Below, in pieces: positions 15,448 through 29,702 of a stretch of DNA of 64,000 nucleotides. The stretch's first letter is position 1. Every line of letters starts with the position of its first letter. Position numbers and translations under genes: made by a program. Source of the DNA: Cycas panzhihuaensis (taxonomy: Eukaryota > Plantae > Cycadophyta); contig CM041465.1 in assembly GCA_023213395.1 (NCBI GenBank), forward strand, positions 41,857,741 to 41,921,740, read 5' to 3'. Under the pieces are notes generated by a model that was given only the letters and a program-made list of their open reading frames with translations, had not been told where the DNA came from and made no database searches.

Positions 15448-18400
15448 TGAAGAGAATTCAACATCAATAATAATCAATAAGATCAATGAATAAAATGTAA
15501 ACTATATTAACTTAGATCAAAGATTATTACATCATGATACTATCACACCACAGACTCAACGTGAGTTTCCATGATAACTTGATGATCCCACTCTACCTCA
15601 CTTACCTATTTAATTATAATAGTTGGGTATATATGAGATGATGTGAGTTATATGTAGGACAAATGACTTTTGACACACCTAATGAATTTTCACCTACTAA
15701 CTGACCAATGACCTTACAACTACTCTTTTAACAATATTATAATATAAGACTCTTAGACCCTTATATTATTGACACTAAGATATACCTTATACTCAAATAC
15801 ATTAAACATTATCTTCCAACACCTCCTCTTAATATTTAATGTCAAGACTATGAAACTGAATACTAAAGACATCATGATACCTAGTACTAAGGACTGATAA
15901 TAAATTGTCACAAGCCAAGACATGAGATGTTATTTGAATTTGTATCACCTTAGTCTGGAACTCTTCTTAAAAAGTATATCATAAGCTTGATTTTCATTTA
16001 TAATACAGTAAAGTCTTGTATCCATGTATATCATGGTTGTTCCATCATCTTATGTTTCTTAATTGATCTCTGCTACAGTATTTGGGTGTCCTGACTATAA
16101 GTGGGATCTCCTTTGATTATTGTCTCCAGAATCAAATGTGATAACATATGATTTGGACTTCATGAAGAGAAAGAATTTGTCAGTAAGTATGGTCAACTTC
16201 TAAAGCCAATAAATACTCTCTTGAAAGGAAAGGAGGAACAATGATTTCCTTCCTAGCTCCATAAGTACAGGTGCTTGTCCTACTTTAATAAAATACTTTG
16301 CTTTCTTTTCATCATCCATGTAATCTATTGATATGCTAAATATGATAAAAAAAAAATTCATGATCATCTGTGCATGCTTCCCAACTATGGTTACATAAAG
16401 ATTGTATATCACATTAACATGATTAATTTTTATGACTAAGTAACTTGCTTAAAATATACAATAATTTTAGTGGACAAGATTTTGACCAAATCTGATTATG
16501 GCCAAAGTATCCTTCCTTTCTTTAAAGGAGTCCTTTAGTGCCTTTGCTACATATGTTAATATAATTTCAATCCTTTCAAGGATAAGAAAAGAAAATGTTG
16601 CCAAGTTAAATATGACCATATAAAGTTTTATATACATACATACAATTATGTGACTTGATATTATTTGGAAATTTGTAACTAATCTATCAATAGAAAAAAT
16701 TATAATATTACACAAACCTTTTATTGAAGAAGTTGTGTCACTATAATGCACTACCTATAACAAATTCTCTTTGGAATTATTTTTAGGTTTTTTATCCTCC
16801 ATCCTTTTAGCAATTTGTAAGGTAGTTTTCCCTTTCCATATGTTGAGGTTGAAAGTATTTGGTAAAATAATATTCCTTTCAATCATCAAATCTGCTTTTT
16901 TTTTTATCTTCTTCAGATTTAAAATGGTGATCATCTAGCCTATTTTTAGAAATAGGTTCACATAGTTTTCCATTCCTTTTTTAAATATCAGATGAGTCTA
17001 TAAGAGATGTGGTCTTACTAAAGTTGATTTGATTGCATGCATTCCCTTTTTTTGCTTTCCTCTTCAGCTTATTTTTCTAGTTCTTCGTTAGTTTATTACA
17101 CATAATTGATCCTCCAAGAGTGATCTTTTCTCCTACTTTACCTTTGTTACCTATATCATAGAATTAATTTGGCTTTTTGATAATCTCCTATACCTCTTCA
17201 GGGGCATTTTCATGTACTTCATTTACCAAGCTCCAAGCCTCTTTAGTAGAATTAGTATTTTGAAGTGTATAAATGAGGAACTGGTAGGAAGGAGGAAGGT
17301 TTTCCTTAACAAAAGTTGTAAGCATTACATCAATGGATATTTTATTCTTCCTTTTGAAATTTCCCTTCCCTTCTTTATTAATTAATGTAGGATTATCAAG
17401 AATAATTTTCCATAACCTTTTAAACATAAATATACATTCTATTTTAATTTTTTAAATTTGAAAATTAGTTATGATATATCTAGGTAAGGCTTTGTTACTA
17501 TCTGTTATACAAAATTCATTCGTCCCTTATACAAAAATAATGACATCACTTAACTCCATGATGTATGAATAAGTTAATTCATGCACCCATTTTAACCTTA
17601 AATAAATCTTCCGAATTAATAAAAAATGCCTCAAATGATATATCAAAATGTCCATTTCTGAAATATAATTCCCCAATGCCTCAAGCCACTTATATAATGG
17701 TTTCTTAGATGTAAAGATATAAGCTAAACTATGCAAGCATCCCTTTCTTAAGACCAAAACTAATAAGATTAAGAAATAAGTCCCTTTGGACTATAAGCAT
17801 CATATCATATTAAAGCTCTATAAATCTAAAAGTTAAATCACTAGGGGGTTAGCAGATCTCAAAACTAAATTTTAATATACTTTAATCCAAGATTACCCAA
17901 AAAGGTTAAAATCTACCTAACGAACTTTTATGTCTATAGATTTAGAGAAAATCTTCAATCAACTTTAATCTAATCTAACTCCTCCAAGAAAAACATATCA
18001 ATTAAACCTAACCATATATGATTTACAGAGTGGTTGGACCTCCTTTTTTCCTTGTTTGATCAATCTTTATGGATACCCTTCATGTGGTAGCCTTCCTTGG
18101 TTATTTCATGGTTGGGTGTCCACCTACATATAGATCATACTCTTCTTCATATTCTTATACAGGCCAAAATCCTTCTTTGTATAGGTCTCTAGTGGTCCTT
18201 CTTCTTCCTCCTTTTACATTTGGATGCAAGGCTAGGCACTATGTAAATAGGAAATGGGTAATTATCCCTAACATAAGTCTCCACATTGATATATAGGTGG
18301 CTAGGCATCTAGAAACTTGGCAGGTGAATCTTTTTCCTTCCTCAAGTAACTGGGATTTCATTCCATACTTCCACTATGTTTCATCACTTCTATAGTTTCC

Positions 18401-20342
18401 CTAAAATAAAGTATTTCTCCCTGGAAAGGGTTCCTACTGGTTAGATGATTCCCCAAGGTGGTACAACTATAAATTATTTTTCTTCTATAAGTCATTCCCA
18501 GTTTAATCCTCACAATGGGCATTCTTCTTTCAACATCACAGGTATTCTCTAACTAGTCACATAGGCACACTTTTTGTATATGATTAGTCCTCAACTTTAC
18601 ATATGTGTTTCCATGATTTAGCCATAGATTTCTAGATTCAACAATGATGACTATAAAGAAAAGGTGTCTTCTTTACATAGAAGTGAACTTCTTTATTTAG
18701 ACGGTAAATAGTCTACCTCTTCATGTAGACATTGTTCTATAAATAGGATTAGTAGCTTCTATGTAGTACATAGATGAGCAATTTTTAGGAGGGTAGTCTC
18801 TTTTATTTTCCATTAATGATTTTCTTTCGCTACAAGTCCTTTTCTTTTTTCTTTTTTTACTTCTCTTTTTTTTAATAGTTAGGCAATCATACCATCATCT
18901 AAGTGTAAGACTAGATCAGTCTCAATGTCAATAGTTCTAGTCTCAATAGTAGTTATATCAGGATAAATTTATGCCCCAGTTCTCATAAATTTACTACCAT
19001 GAATATTTCCATGTATCCTTTCTTCAAACCCTCCTCATAGTTGATGGAACAGTTATGGATGGGTTGCTCTTTCTTAATGAATCTAATATATGAATATCTA
19101 GGGCTTCTTTCTTTTAGTCATACTGAATGGATTCACACACCTTGCCAAAGGAGGTCTCTCGTATAGGAATTGCACCTCCCCTTTTTTTCTTACCTAAACC
19201 GAAAGCACCCCTCAGTTGGGTATCATCTTAGTATGCATGTTTCAGTGTGCATGAAACGCTTTCTTTTCTTTCTTTTATTTGTCTTTTATTGGTAGAAAAA
19301 GGAAAAGAGAGAGAGGGAGTGTAGTTTTAGGTCTGTTTTGTGAACATGCATGATATTACTTCTGTCATCCCTTTCCCACACTCTATGCACCCAACCAACA
19401 TACACAACTTTCATCATCCTTGCTGGGGCTTAGTCCCTTTTAGCTTACATAGCAATAAGGATCCTCTTCATGTTTATGTTAATTTGTCTTTACTTTAGTT
19501 AATCTGTATCTACAAGTTTAAATTTCTAAGAAGAAACACTCAATGTACGGTGCTACAGATAATGTTTCATATGATAATGAGATAGGAGTGTATAAACCCT
19601 TATGCAATTCTCCACGAGCTTGCCAATAATGAACAAAGGGCACATGTAGGGTTTTAGACAAAGAGCACAATAAGTAGAAGAAAATTGCCTACAAACGGTT
19701 GAAATGAGCCTTGTCATATATATAGAAATAATCTTTGAGTATACTTACATTAATAAAAGTGCTCACAAACATACCTGAGTGAATTAAGTTATAATAGGCA
19801 CAATCCTTAATGGACAACATATGGGAATGTCCACAGCACTCATTAATATCATTGTTTTCAGAGGTAATGTACAAATCTGGTTATATATTCACTTACAAAC
19901 CAACCTATAAAATGCAGAACTTGGAAACCAATCTGCTATGATACCATAGAGAGCATTCAATATCCAAGAACAATAGAATAAATATCAATGAACATAATAT
20001 GACAGCATTAATCCAAAATAAAATAGGGTGCATCACAATGTCTCCACAACCATAATAATATCATAATAAACTCCATCTTCACTTGATGTATTCTACTCTA
20101 CCTCCACCACTTATTTATGCATCACAAGTGGGAGAGAGTAGTAAGACTTGTGTTATGTGTGAGACAAATGACCTCCAATACAACCAATGACATAACATCT
20201 ACTAACTAACTAATGACCTTTCAACTTCTTAACAATATTATAATTTGTGACTCTTAGACTCAAGACTATAATATTATTGATCCTAAGAGATAATTTACAT
20301 TTTAATGCATTAAATATTTATATTAAACATTATCTTCTAACA
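15448..20342 (-). mobile_element. Old non-autonomous LTR element (LARD-like) without recognisable gag/pol
   Basis: Diverged LTR pair 15448-15821 and 19947-20342. PBS (rc gctatgatacca) at 19935-19946, PPT (rc cctcctct) after 15821. TSD not recognisable. Confidence 0.7.
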
Positions 20343-20459
20343 GAGTTGATAAAATTTAAGCCATCAAACTTAAGTATAACTATGTTTCTAAGATTTGTTG
20401 CCATTATGAAAAAATAGTTTTAAAAATGTAACTCAAAAAATATAAATGTTCTTGTGTCC

Positions 20460-20898
20460 TATCTACTTAAAGGGTTACTATTCTAGAATTCTAAGTTTCA
20501 AGGTTTCCAAGGAAAACTCTTGGTTGTTATCCTGTCTAGTGACACTTGCCCTCAAGTGGAAAACTAGAGACCCTATATACCAGTACGTAAACTCTAGGCT
20601 CTATATACCTTAATATGCAAGCTTCTAAGAAGGTTCAAGACCCATCTAATTTGTGGATTCACCTACGTTAGACTTATACCTAGTGACAGATCTAGTAGTG
20701 AGAACTTAAATAACTAAGGCACTCACCCTTTGAGTCTAGCCTAGTCTTTATTCTCCAAAGGAAAATTTGCCACCACATCCTATGAGCTAATACATCTTAT
20801 AGTCAATGGTTTTCTCAATAAATTATAGAAAGACCAAGGCTGTATGTGAGGTGGTAACTTTAGGGATCCTAACCATTCCCTTTACAAGGCTAGTATAG
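20460..20898 (-). repeat. Isolated copy of the conserved copia pre-gag leader module
   Basis: Colinear with 990-1420 and, reverse-complemented, with 4260-4420. Confidence 0.8.
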
Positions 20899-22163
20899 AT
20901 GTTGTAAATTGAGAAATTATCTTAGATAATATTTCAAATTAAGATAATTTTAAGTGGTCTTAATTATACACAATGTTATTTTTAATGAATGAAAGATGAA
21001 ACATGAAAGTAAATGAAAGGAATTAAAATAAAAAAAAGGTTTAAAAAACTCTTTTTGGAAGACTTGATCCAAGAAGAATTACTTCAACTTTCAAAGAGTA
21101 CTATTACAAAAAGTCAACCACAAGCACTCGTAAGTCCAAATAATAGGTTAGGACAGCTAATAAATAGTCAACACTATGAAGGCAATAATGGGAGTCAGAT
21201 GGAGTAGATCATGTAGTAAGGGATATTATTCATGTAAATTTTTCACATTATGGCAATGGTGAAGAACACCTAGGGTCTTACGACCCTTGTATAAATAGAC
21301 AAGAGTTGGGTGGGAGCCCAATGTCTACCATCATCTGGTATTTAAAAATAATAATCCATTCACATGGCTTAAGTTAGCTCCCCAAAGTACAAAGCCGATG
21401 CACATGCCATCTGTATTTAATAAGTCAAATGTATCGTTAAATGATTAATGAATATTTTCCAACATACATATCTATATTTCCATAGTATATATCTAAAAAA
21501 GTAACTAATTAATAGCATCAACAAAAAAGTCTCCCCAAGTATAACCAATCCAATATAATACTTAAGTGTATGCACTAAAAAGAAAAATAGACCTTGAAAA
21601 TTGGTTGCCATGTGATCAATATTTATATATAACTCTAATATATATGTGTAGTCTTAATATTCATAATATTCTTTAAGTTCTTTATGTATCACTTAAAGAA
21701 CTTAATTAATAGTTAGGTATCAGGACGACGCATGTCTTGCATGAAACACTTATATGTCTCGCATACCATGAACTAAAGTTTATATAAATATGTAAGTCAT
21801 TCTTCAAAGAAATCAATGAAGAAAGAAGTTATTCATTTTGTTAGATATGTTGAACACTTTACAAGTGTTACATGGGTATAGGTATTACACCTGAGCCCCT
21901 TTAGGGCCCTTGGTTGGGGGGTCTAGGAGGCCAGTGACTTCCTAGGCGGGGGTTCGGTGGTGGGAGCCCCCGAGAAAAATTTTTGGGTGTCTTATAGGGG
22001 TCTTTACTAGCCCAATAGTTTATTCCCATTATATTGTAAAACTGCAAGGTGGTATCTTATAATGTTATGTCTATATATTCTTCTGTAACAACATGTGTAA
22101 TATATAATATGAAGATGATGGTGGGATCGTCAATGAGTTGAGAAGAAGAGTTGGGGTTCATCT

Positions 22164-25100
22164 TATTAGAAAATAGACCTGCAATAAGATAATCACAAAC
22201 AGAAACAAACACCTCCACAGGATCGAACGGTACCCTTAAGGTACCTCAAATTGTATTAACAAAACATCCTTACAATAACATTACAATATGATACACAAAA
22301 TTGTGTATTTATAATATAAGTCATGATGGAATAGTAGGACCCACTTGCATGTGGGATAAATCAAATATACATTAATATTCTAGCACTCCCCCTTAATGTG
22401 CATTTGGGTCATTTGTATTTGCAACGCTTTGTCCTTGGAAATGTTTTGAGAATGATGTCTTTAACCTGATTCTTGTCTTCAATCTTGTAGTAATGTCTTT
22501 GCTGCAGAATGATGTCTTCATCTTAATTTTCATCTTCAATTGCATCGATGCCTTTGTAAGATGATATCCTTAGCTTGATTTCTGTCTTCAATCCTGTAGT
22601 GATGATGTTAATCTAGCAGCTCTAGCAAGTGCAAATCATGATTCTTCATTGTGCCTGGTCTAGTCTTATTATGATGTAGATCCTGTAAATAACCATCTTC
22701 AATCACAACTTGCCTGTCATCATTCTCTTATATAAACTCTTGAACACTATGTACAATAGTGATTTCTTCAACCTTAGGAGTGGAGTCTTGATTAACTTAC
22801 ATACTCTTTGAGCTTGAAACAATGCTCAAAGAAGAAATATCATTCAAACTTGAATCAATACTCAAAGTAGGAATATCATCAATATAAGACTCATCCTTTA
22901 TAGAACCATCAGATTCATATTCAATCTCCCTTGAAATCAATTCATCACTTTCAATGTCTTCATCTGTAATCTCATCAATGCATTCAACAGTAGAAGTTTT
23001 GTGAGTACTCAAACATTCTTCATCTTGACATGCTATCTCATCAATGTTGATGATACTTTCTTCATTTGTTGTACCTGTACCATAACTAGCCTTAATTACT
23101 TTTTCAATCATTCGTTGTATTTCTTCAGAAGTTTATTCAAATACTTCCCTTAGAAAATCCCAAGATTCTTTAGCATTACTTTTATGTAGAATCATAGGAA
23201 TAACAAAATAGAATTTGGAAGGAAGATCAATATCATTGAATGTAACATAAATCATAATGAATGCTTTCCTATCTTTCTTCTCAAGCATTTCCTTTTCTTC
23301 TCCATCATTAGGGATATTATATTCATCAGTAACAATCTTCCATAAACCTCTAGCTATGAATAGACATCTCATTTTAATTATCCAAAAGAAGTAGTCTTCA
23401 CCATTGCACTTAGGTACTGGAAGAAATGAATCCCTTAAGTAATATTCATTTGTTTCATGAGCATATATAACCACATCATTATCCTCCATGATTGTAAATG
23501 CCATTTTCTAACACCATGTCCCTTTTCCAATCAACAAATTCACCCATCAATCTCAACAAACTTTCTCATGTCTCATGTCCCTCATATCACTGACTTCATT
23601 ATCACATCATTGCCTTATGCATCTCACATGTTACCAAATAGTCACATACAAAGAATATCTAAAGCACTTTCTTCACCATAGAATCAAAGCTTATACCACA
23701 TACATCTCACAAGAATCATGTATACCTCATGTCACCATTAAATCACCAAGACACATCACACTTCACTTAATTACCCAAAACACAACTCATGCCATTACAC
23801 CACTCAATAATTTTGCTTCCCTCCAACTCAAGTATCTTCAACAAAAGAAACCCATCCTTCTTTGCCCATTCAATCAATTAGAACACATCATCAAACATAC
23901 TTGATCTCATCCTTAACACACCTAACAATTTCTCGATCTTATCATGTAACCTCACATGTAATAAGCACCTCATTGCCTCAAATCGCTATCTTTCTTGCCC
24001 TCAAATTAGCTTTGTTATACCCATCAAGTCCTTTCACGTAAATCACATTCCACGGAGTACTTAATTGTCATATTCCATCTAATTCATTCATGCAAATACA
24101 TGTACTATCACTTCATTACCATACTATGCCATTGTCACAATAGCTCTCTCATACAAACACATGTAAGAAAGTACTCAAACTATCATTAAACAATCACCAT
24201 CATGCAACTCAAATCACTAATAGAGTGCCAAATATATTTACATCAATATAACTTAATGTCATCTCATATTGTAACAATACTCTCCCATATGCCACATATG
24301 TAAGAGAGCCTCAAACAATCACTTCATTACCATTGCCCCATTCATGTCACCATATAAATACGAAACCCTTAAATTCTTAAAAACTTATTTCTGAAAAAAT
24401 ATTATAGCTCAAAAATATATAAAATATAGATAAAAATGATGGCCTCTGAAATATGATTCCAACAATTTAGATGAAATTGAATTTTGATATCTAGATCAAA
24501 AGTTATGCTCCTTTTAAGAATTTCACAATTAGGGTTTCTAAGGGCTGTAATAGTACCTTCTAATAAACTGATAATAACCTTTTATTCAGAACTCTGATGA
24601 ACCTCAAACCACTTCCATTAGAAAGAGAATTTAAAAACATACAGAATCAAAAAAAAATTGAGGTTATTTGGATACCTGTAGCTAAAGTTATGGCTCTTTA
24701 AAGTTGAGGTTGCAGATCTATCCCAAAAATACGGCGACAGAAAAAATGCAGGCCAAAATTAATTTTGCTATAATTTTCACGCTTTCACCCCAAAATCTAT
24801 AGTGCAACCACTCAAATTTTATAGAATGAGCTATTTCGTCTCAATTTTGCTATTACTTTTTAGAAATTTCAACGTTATGGCACCTCCCAAATCACTGCTC
24901 TAATATCGAACAAAAACACCTCTCTCAACCCAGGTGCTCTGATACCATGTTGGAAAATAGACCTGCAATAAGATAATCACAAACAGAAATAAACACCTCC
25001 ATAGGATCGAACGGTACCTTTAAGGTACCTCAAATTGTATTAACAAAACATCCTTACAACAACATTACAATATGACACACAAAATTGTGTATTTATAATA

Positions 25101-25169
25101 TAAGTCATGAGGGAAGAGTAGGATCCACTTACATGTGGGATAAATCAAATGTACATTAATATTCTAACA
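22164..25169 (-). mobile_element. Gag-only non-autonomous LTR element (TR-GAG-like), inserted in the copia 5' LTR
   Basis: 222-bp LTRs at 22164-22385 and 24948-25169 (~13 substitutions by eye). TSD CATCT; PBS rc 24936-24947; PPT rc ctccccct at 22386; no pol. Confidence 0.92.
22797..23504 (-). pseudogene. copia-type gag N-terminus (PKCNGEDYFFWIIKM...AKESWDFL) followed after one in-frame TAA by an acidic low-complexity tail
   Basis: ORFs 23133-23504 and 22797-23111 are in the same frame, separated by TAA plus 7 codons. Confidence 0.75.
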
Positions 25170-28100
25170 CATCTCTATAATTATTTAGATGTTACTCAGA
25201 TTAATAAAAGTTCTATACTTAGACATGAATCTCCTAGTATTCTTTATTGAGTGTTTGATTTGTTTATGTTATTTGTTCTTCACATTACTTCTCGGTTATA
25301 TTTTCTCTTCATTTGGTATCAGAGCTAAGGGTTTTAGTTCTATGGGAAGTCATTTGGTAAGTGAGAGCCTTGTGCAATGAACTTGAGTACGAAGATCATG
25401 GCAAGTACTACAAAGATGGAGATTGAAAAGTTCAATGGCCATAACTTAGAGCTGTGGAAGCTAAAGATGGAAGATATGCTCGTCAAAAATGATCAATGGA
25501 TTATTGTAGCAGGAACAAAGCTTACGACTATGGGTGATGAAGACTGGAAGAAGCTTGATTGAAAGGCAATTAGTTCGATAAAGTTATGCCTTTCAGACAT
25601 GGTGTTATTGAATGTTACCACAGAATCTATAACTAAAGATCTGTGGAGAAAGTTAGAGGCTTTATATCAGACAAAGTCCTTGGTTAATAAGTTATTTCTT
25701 TGAAAAAATTTGTATTCACTCAGGATGAGTGATGGAGATGTAGTTGCAGATTATCTAACTGCATTTAATACCATGGTGAGCTAACTTATTTCAATTGGGG
25801 TAACAATATCTGAAGAAGACAAGTGTATTACCCTGTTATGTTCGCTTCCTAATTCTTAGGATAATCTTGTGATGACAATTAGCAGCACAACTGCTTCTAC
25901 TCTAAAATTTGATGATGTTGTTGCTCTGCTATCAGATGAGATAAGGTGAAAATCTTCTTAGGATTATTCGAAAGAAGCATTAGTAATGAGAGGTCAACAT
26001 TGGATCGTGACTAGTAAAGACCTAGGAACAGATGGCCAAAATTGAGAGGAAAATCTAAATCTCCATGTAGAGGACCTTTGCTATGTTAGAGATGTGGGAA
26101 GGTTGTCCATATGAAGAGACAGTGTCGAGTTAAGGCAGATAAGGGAAAGTCACCTGAAGCTACTTCTTCCATAGTAGCAAAAGCCTCTGATGAAGTAGAT
26201 GGCAATGTTTATTTGGCAACCTCAAGTAAGTTGTCAAATACTAAGTCTTGGTTAATTTACTCTGATGCTTCGCTTCATGTTACTCCCTATAGGGATTAGT
26301 TTTGTGAATACACAAGGATTGATGGAGGTGAGGTATTTCTTGGGGATTATTACCCATACAAAATTATAGGTCGTAGAAGGGTAAAGGTTCGATTTGGGGA
26401 TGGAAGGGTTAAAGCTATCTTTGATATGAGTCATATTCCTGATTTGGCTATGAGTTTGTTGTCTATCAATCAATTAGGTGATACAGGAATAGAAGTGATC
26501 TTCAATAAAAATAGTTGCATAATGGTTTGAGGAGCATTGATATTAGTAAGAGGGGTCTGATTTGGAATACTATACAAGCCTGATACAAGTACAGTATGTG
26601 ATGGAAGTTGTAGTCCAACTATTATAGAAAATAGCAATAAAGAAGACGGGACTTAAATATCACTTGTTAGTAAAATTATATTATGGCATTAGAGACTGTG
26701 ACATATTGGAGGGAAAAGCCTCCATGATTTATTCTCTAAAGGTATGGCAGATGACATCTTTGGAATTAATGGCTTCTTTGATTTTGATTTCTATGAGCAT
26801 TGTGTCTATGGTAAATAAAATCGGGTCAGTTTTCCTTCAAGTTCGAAGAGAGCAATGGGTATTCTACAATCGGTGCATAATAATGTTTTTGAACCTGTTG
26901 ATGTACCCTCATTGGGTAGTTCCAAATATTTTGTTTTATTCATAGATGATTTCTTAAGAAGACATGGCTATACTTTCTCAAGTAGAAATATGAAGTCTTC
27001 AATAAATTCAAAGAATTCAAGGCCTTGGTCGAGAATCAGAATGATAGGTGGATCAAGGTACTGAGGATTAATAATATAGGTGAGTTTTACTTAAAAGAAT
27101 TTGAGCAGTTCTATAAGTAGTGTGGGATAGCAAGGCAAAAGATAATTCCCTATACACCACAGCAGAACGAAGTTGTTGAAAGGATGAATATGACCTTGTT
27201 GGAGAGATTGAGGAGTATGCTCAGAGTTACTAGATTAGAGAAGAAATTCGGGGTGAAGGTTATGATGACTGCAAGCTACTTGATCAACAGATCATCGATA
27301 ACTACCTTAGTATACAAAACACCTGAAAAAGTGTGGTCTGGTAAGAAACCATCTCTTGGTCATCTTAGAGTTTTTGGTTTTGAAGCTTTTGTGCATGTTC
27401 CTAAACAGCAAAAGACTAAGCTTGATTTTAAAGAACAAAAGACTATTTTTACTGGCTATGGTAATGGTGTTAAAGGATATAAACCTTATAACCTTGAAAC
27501 ACAAAAGACTATGTATATTCATGATGTTATCTTTAGAACGAAGTCTAATTCTCTAAAGCAGGATGAAGAACCAAATGAGGAACACTCTAAGAAGGTACAA
27601 TTTGAAGTAAGGGATGAAAATTCTGCATCAGAATATGAGTTAGTTAAAGAGGAAGAACCAGTTGTAGAGGTAGCTCAATCTCAAGAACCCCACATCTTGA
27701 GGAGATCAACTCGTTAAAGAAGACAGCCTGACAGGTATATTTCTGAAGACTTTTGTTTCTCCTCTTATATTTTATCTACTATAAAGGATGATCTAGGTAC
27801 TATTCGGGAGGCTCTAGAGTCAAAAGAGAGCCAACTCTAGATGAAGGCCATGCAGGAAGAAATGATGGCCTTGGACAAAAATAATACGTGGGATTCGGTG
27901 GATCTGCCTAGTAGCAAAAAACTTATTGATAACAAATGGATCTTCAAGAAGAAGTTTTGAGTAGATGGTACTGTGGAAAAAAGTACAAGGCTTGCCTAGT
28001 AACAAAAGGCTATTCCTAAGTCAAGGGAATAGATTTTGGTGAGGTATTTTCTCTTGTTGCAAAAGTTATTTCAATTAGATTTTTATTAACTATAACAGCT

Positions 28101-29306
28101 GCCTATGACCTTGAGGTGGATTAAATGGATGTGAAGACTGTATGTCTTTACAGTGACCTCGAGGAATAAATTTATATGTTGCAGCTTGAAGGGTTTGAAG
28201 TTGCAGAAAAGGAGGATATAGTGTGTAGGTTAAAGAAGTCATTATACGGCTTGAAACAATCACCAAAGATGTGGTATCAAAAGTTTGATTCACATATATT
28301 GGCGGATGGCTTTGTGTGCAGCAAAGTAGATCATTGTATTTATTATAAGCAAGTTGGTGATCATTTTGTTATTCTAGCTTTATATGTTGATGACATACTT
28401 TTAGTTAGTAACAATAAAAGAATGAACCAACTTATGAAAGACTAATTGGAATCTCACTTTGAGATTAAGGACTTTGGTGCTGCACATTTTATTTTAGACA
28501 TTGAGATTAAAAGGCATAGGAGAAATAAGAAGATTTAGCTTAGCCAAAGATAATACATTAAAATAATATTACAACGATTTAGGTTACAAGATAGTAAACT
28601 GAAAGAAAATAATGTGATGGAGAGCATGGCAGAACATAAACAAATAATCACAGATCAATACATCATTATTACATAAACAAGAATCATTTGTATTCAATTC
28701 ATTGTTGTGAAAAGAGTATTATAAATGTCTAAAATGAAGGTGATGTCTAAAGACACCAAGGTTGCACAGCCCTCAGAATATATAGTTTGGGGAAGGAGGG
28801 AAACTCCTCAACCCCTGAAATTTAAATAACAATAAAATATAACTTAACTTAAATCAAATTAATCTTACCTTATACTTACCTACATATATAAGTATCCACA
28901 TGTGTAAATTGATAGTAGTGAGGTGTGAACTCCTGGTTGGAAGGTGGGAGTGGGATGATGAGCATTAACCCCAACATTCTCCCCCTTAATGGTCATCACG
29001 AACAATGTCTTCTCTTTAATCTTGTGGAATTTATACTTGAAAAAAACTTTAAAAATTTGTCTTGTAGCTTGATCTTTATTAACTTGCTTCAAATTTATTG
29101 CAATGTGTGTCTTCTCCATTGAATGGTGTAAAAATACTGTAAGTAAATTAAGCTTGATTCAAATGTGTATGTGTAGCTGTAATTTTGACTTTATCAACTA
29201 GAACTTTAAGAAAACTTTAAACTTAAATTTTGTCTTCTGAAAACTTTATGTTGTGAACAACTATCATATCATCATATCTCTCCCCCTTAAATGGAGGATC
29301 AAGTTT

Positions 29307-29702
29307 TTATGCAATAAGATGATCATACATTTGACTTGAATCTTCCTTGGTCTTTTCATTAGAATCCACCTGTTCTGTCACATGTCTCACATACTCAATA
29401 AAATCAATATTAAATTCATTGAGGGTATCTCTCCTATAAGTAGAAATCAATATGTCCCACATGGATTTGGAAGTTGTTAATTCGTAAACTCTAGAAAACA
29501 CTTCATCATCTATAGTACAAAATAATAAAGCTAACGCTTCATTGTATTTTTTAATGTTTTCCTTAATACTAACATCATAGTCATCTTGTACGTATTTCTA
29601 AAGATTATATGTAATAAAATAATTTTGCATAGTTTGATACCATAGTGAAAAATTATAGCCATCAAATATAGGAAATTGTACTTGATCAAGATTGATTGCC
29701 AT
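29307..29702 (-). pseudogene. truncated copia-type gag
   Basis: MAINLDQVQFPIFDGYNFSLWYQTM...SKSMWDILISTY, with one internal stop. Confidence 0.8.

Noticed and set aside
24594-24630. Hammerhead ribozyme (CTGATGA...GAAA), as in retrozymes
   Set aside because: No stem II or flanking helices; motif not conserved in the homologous block near 38275.
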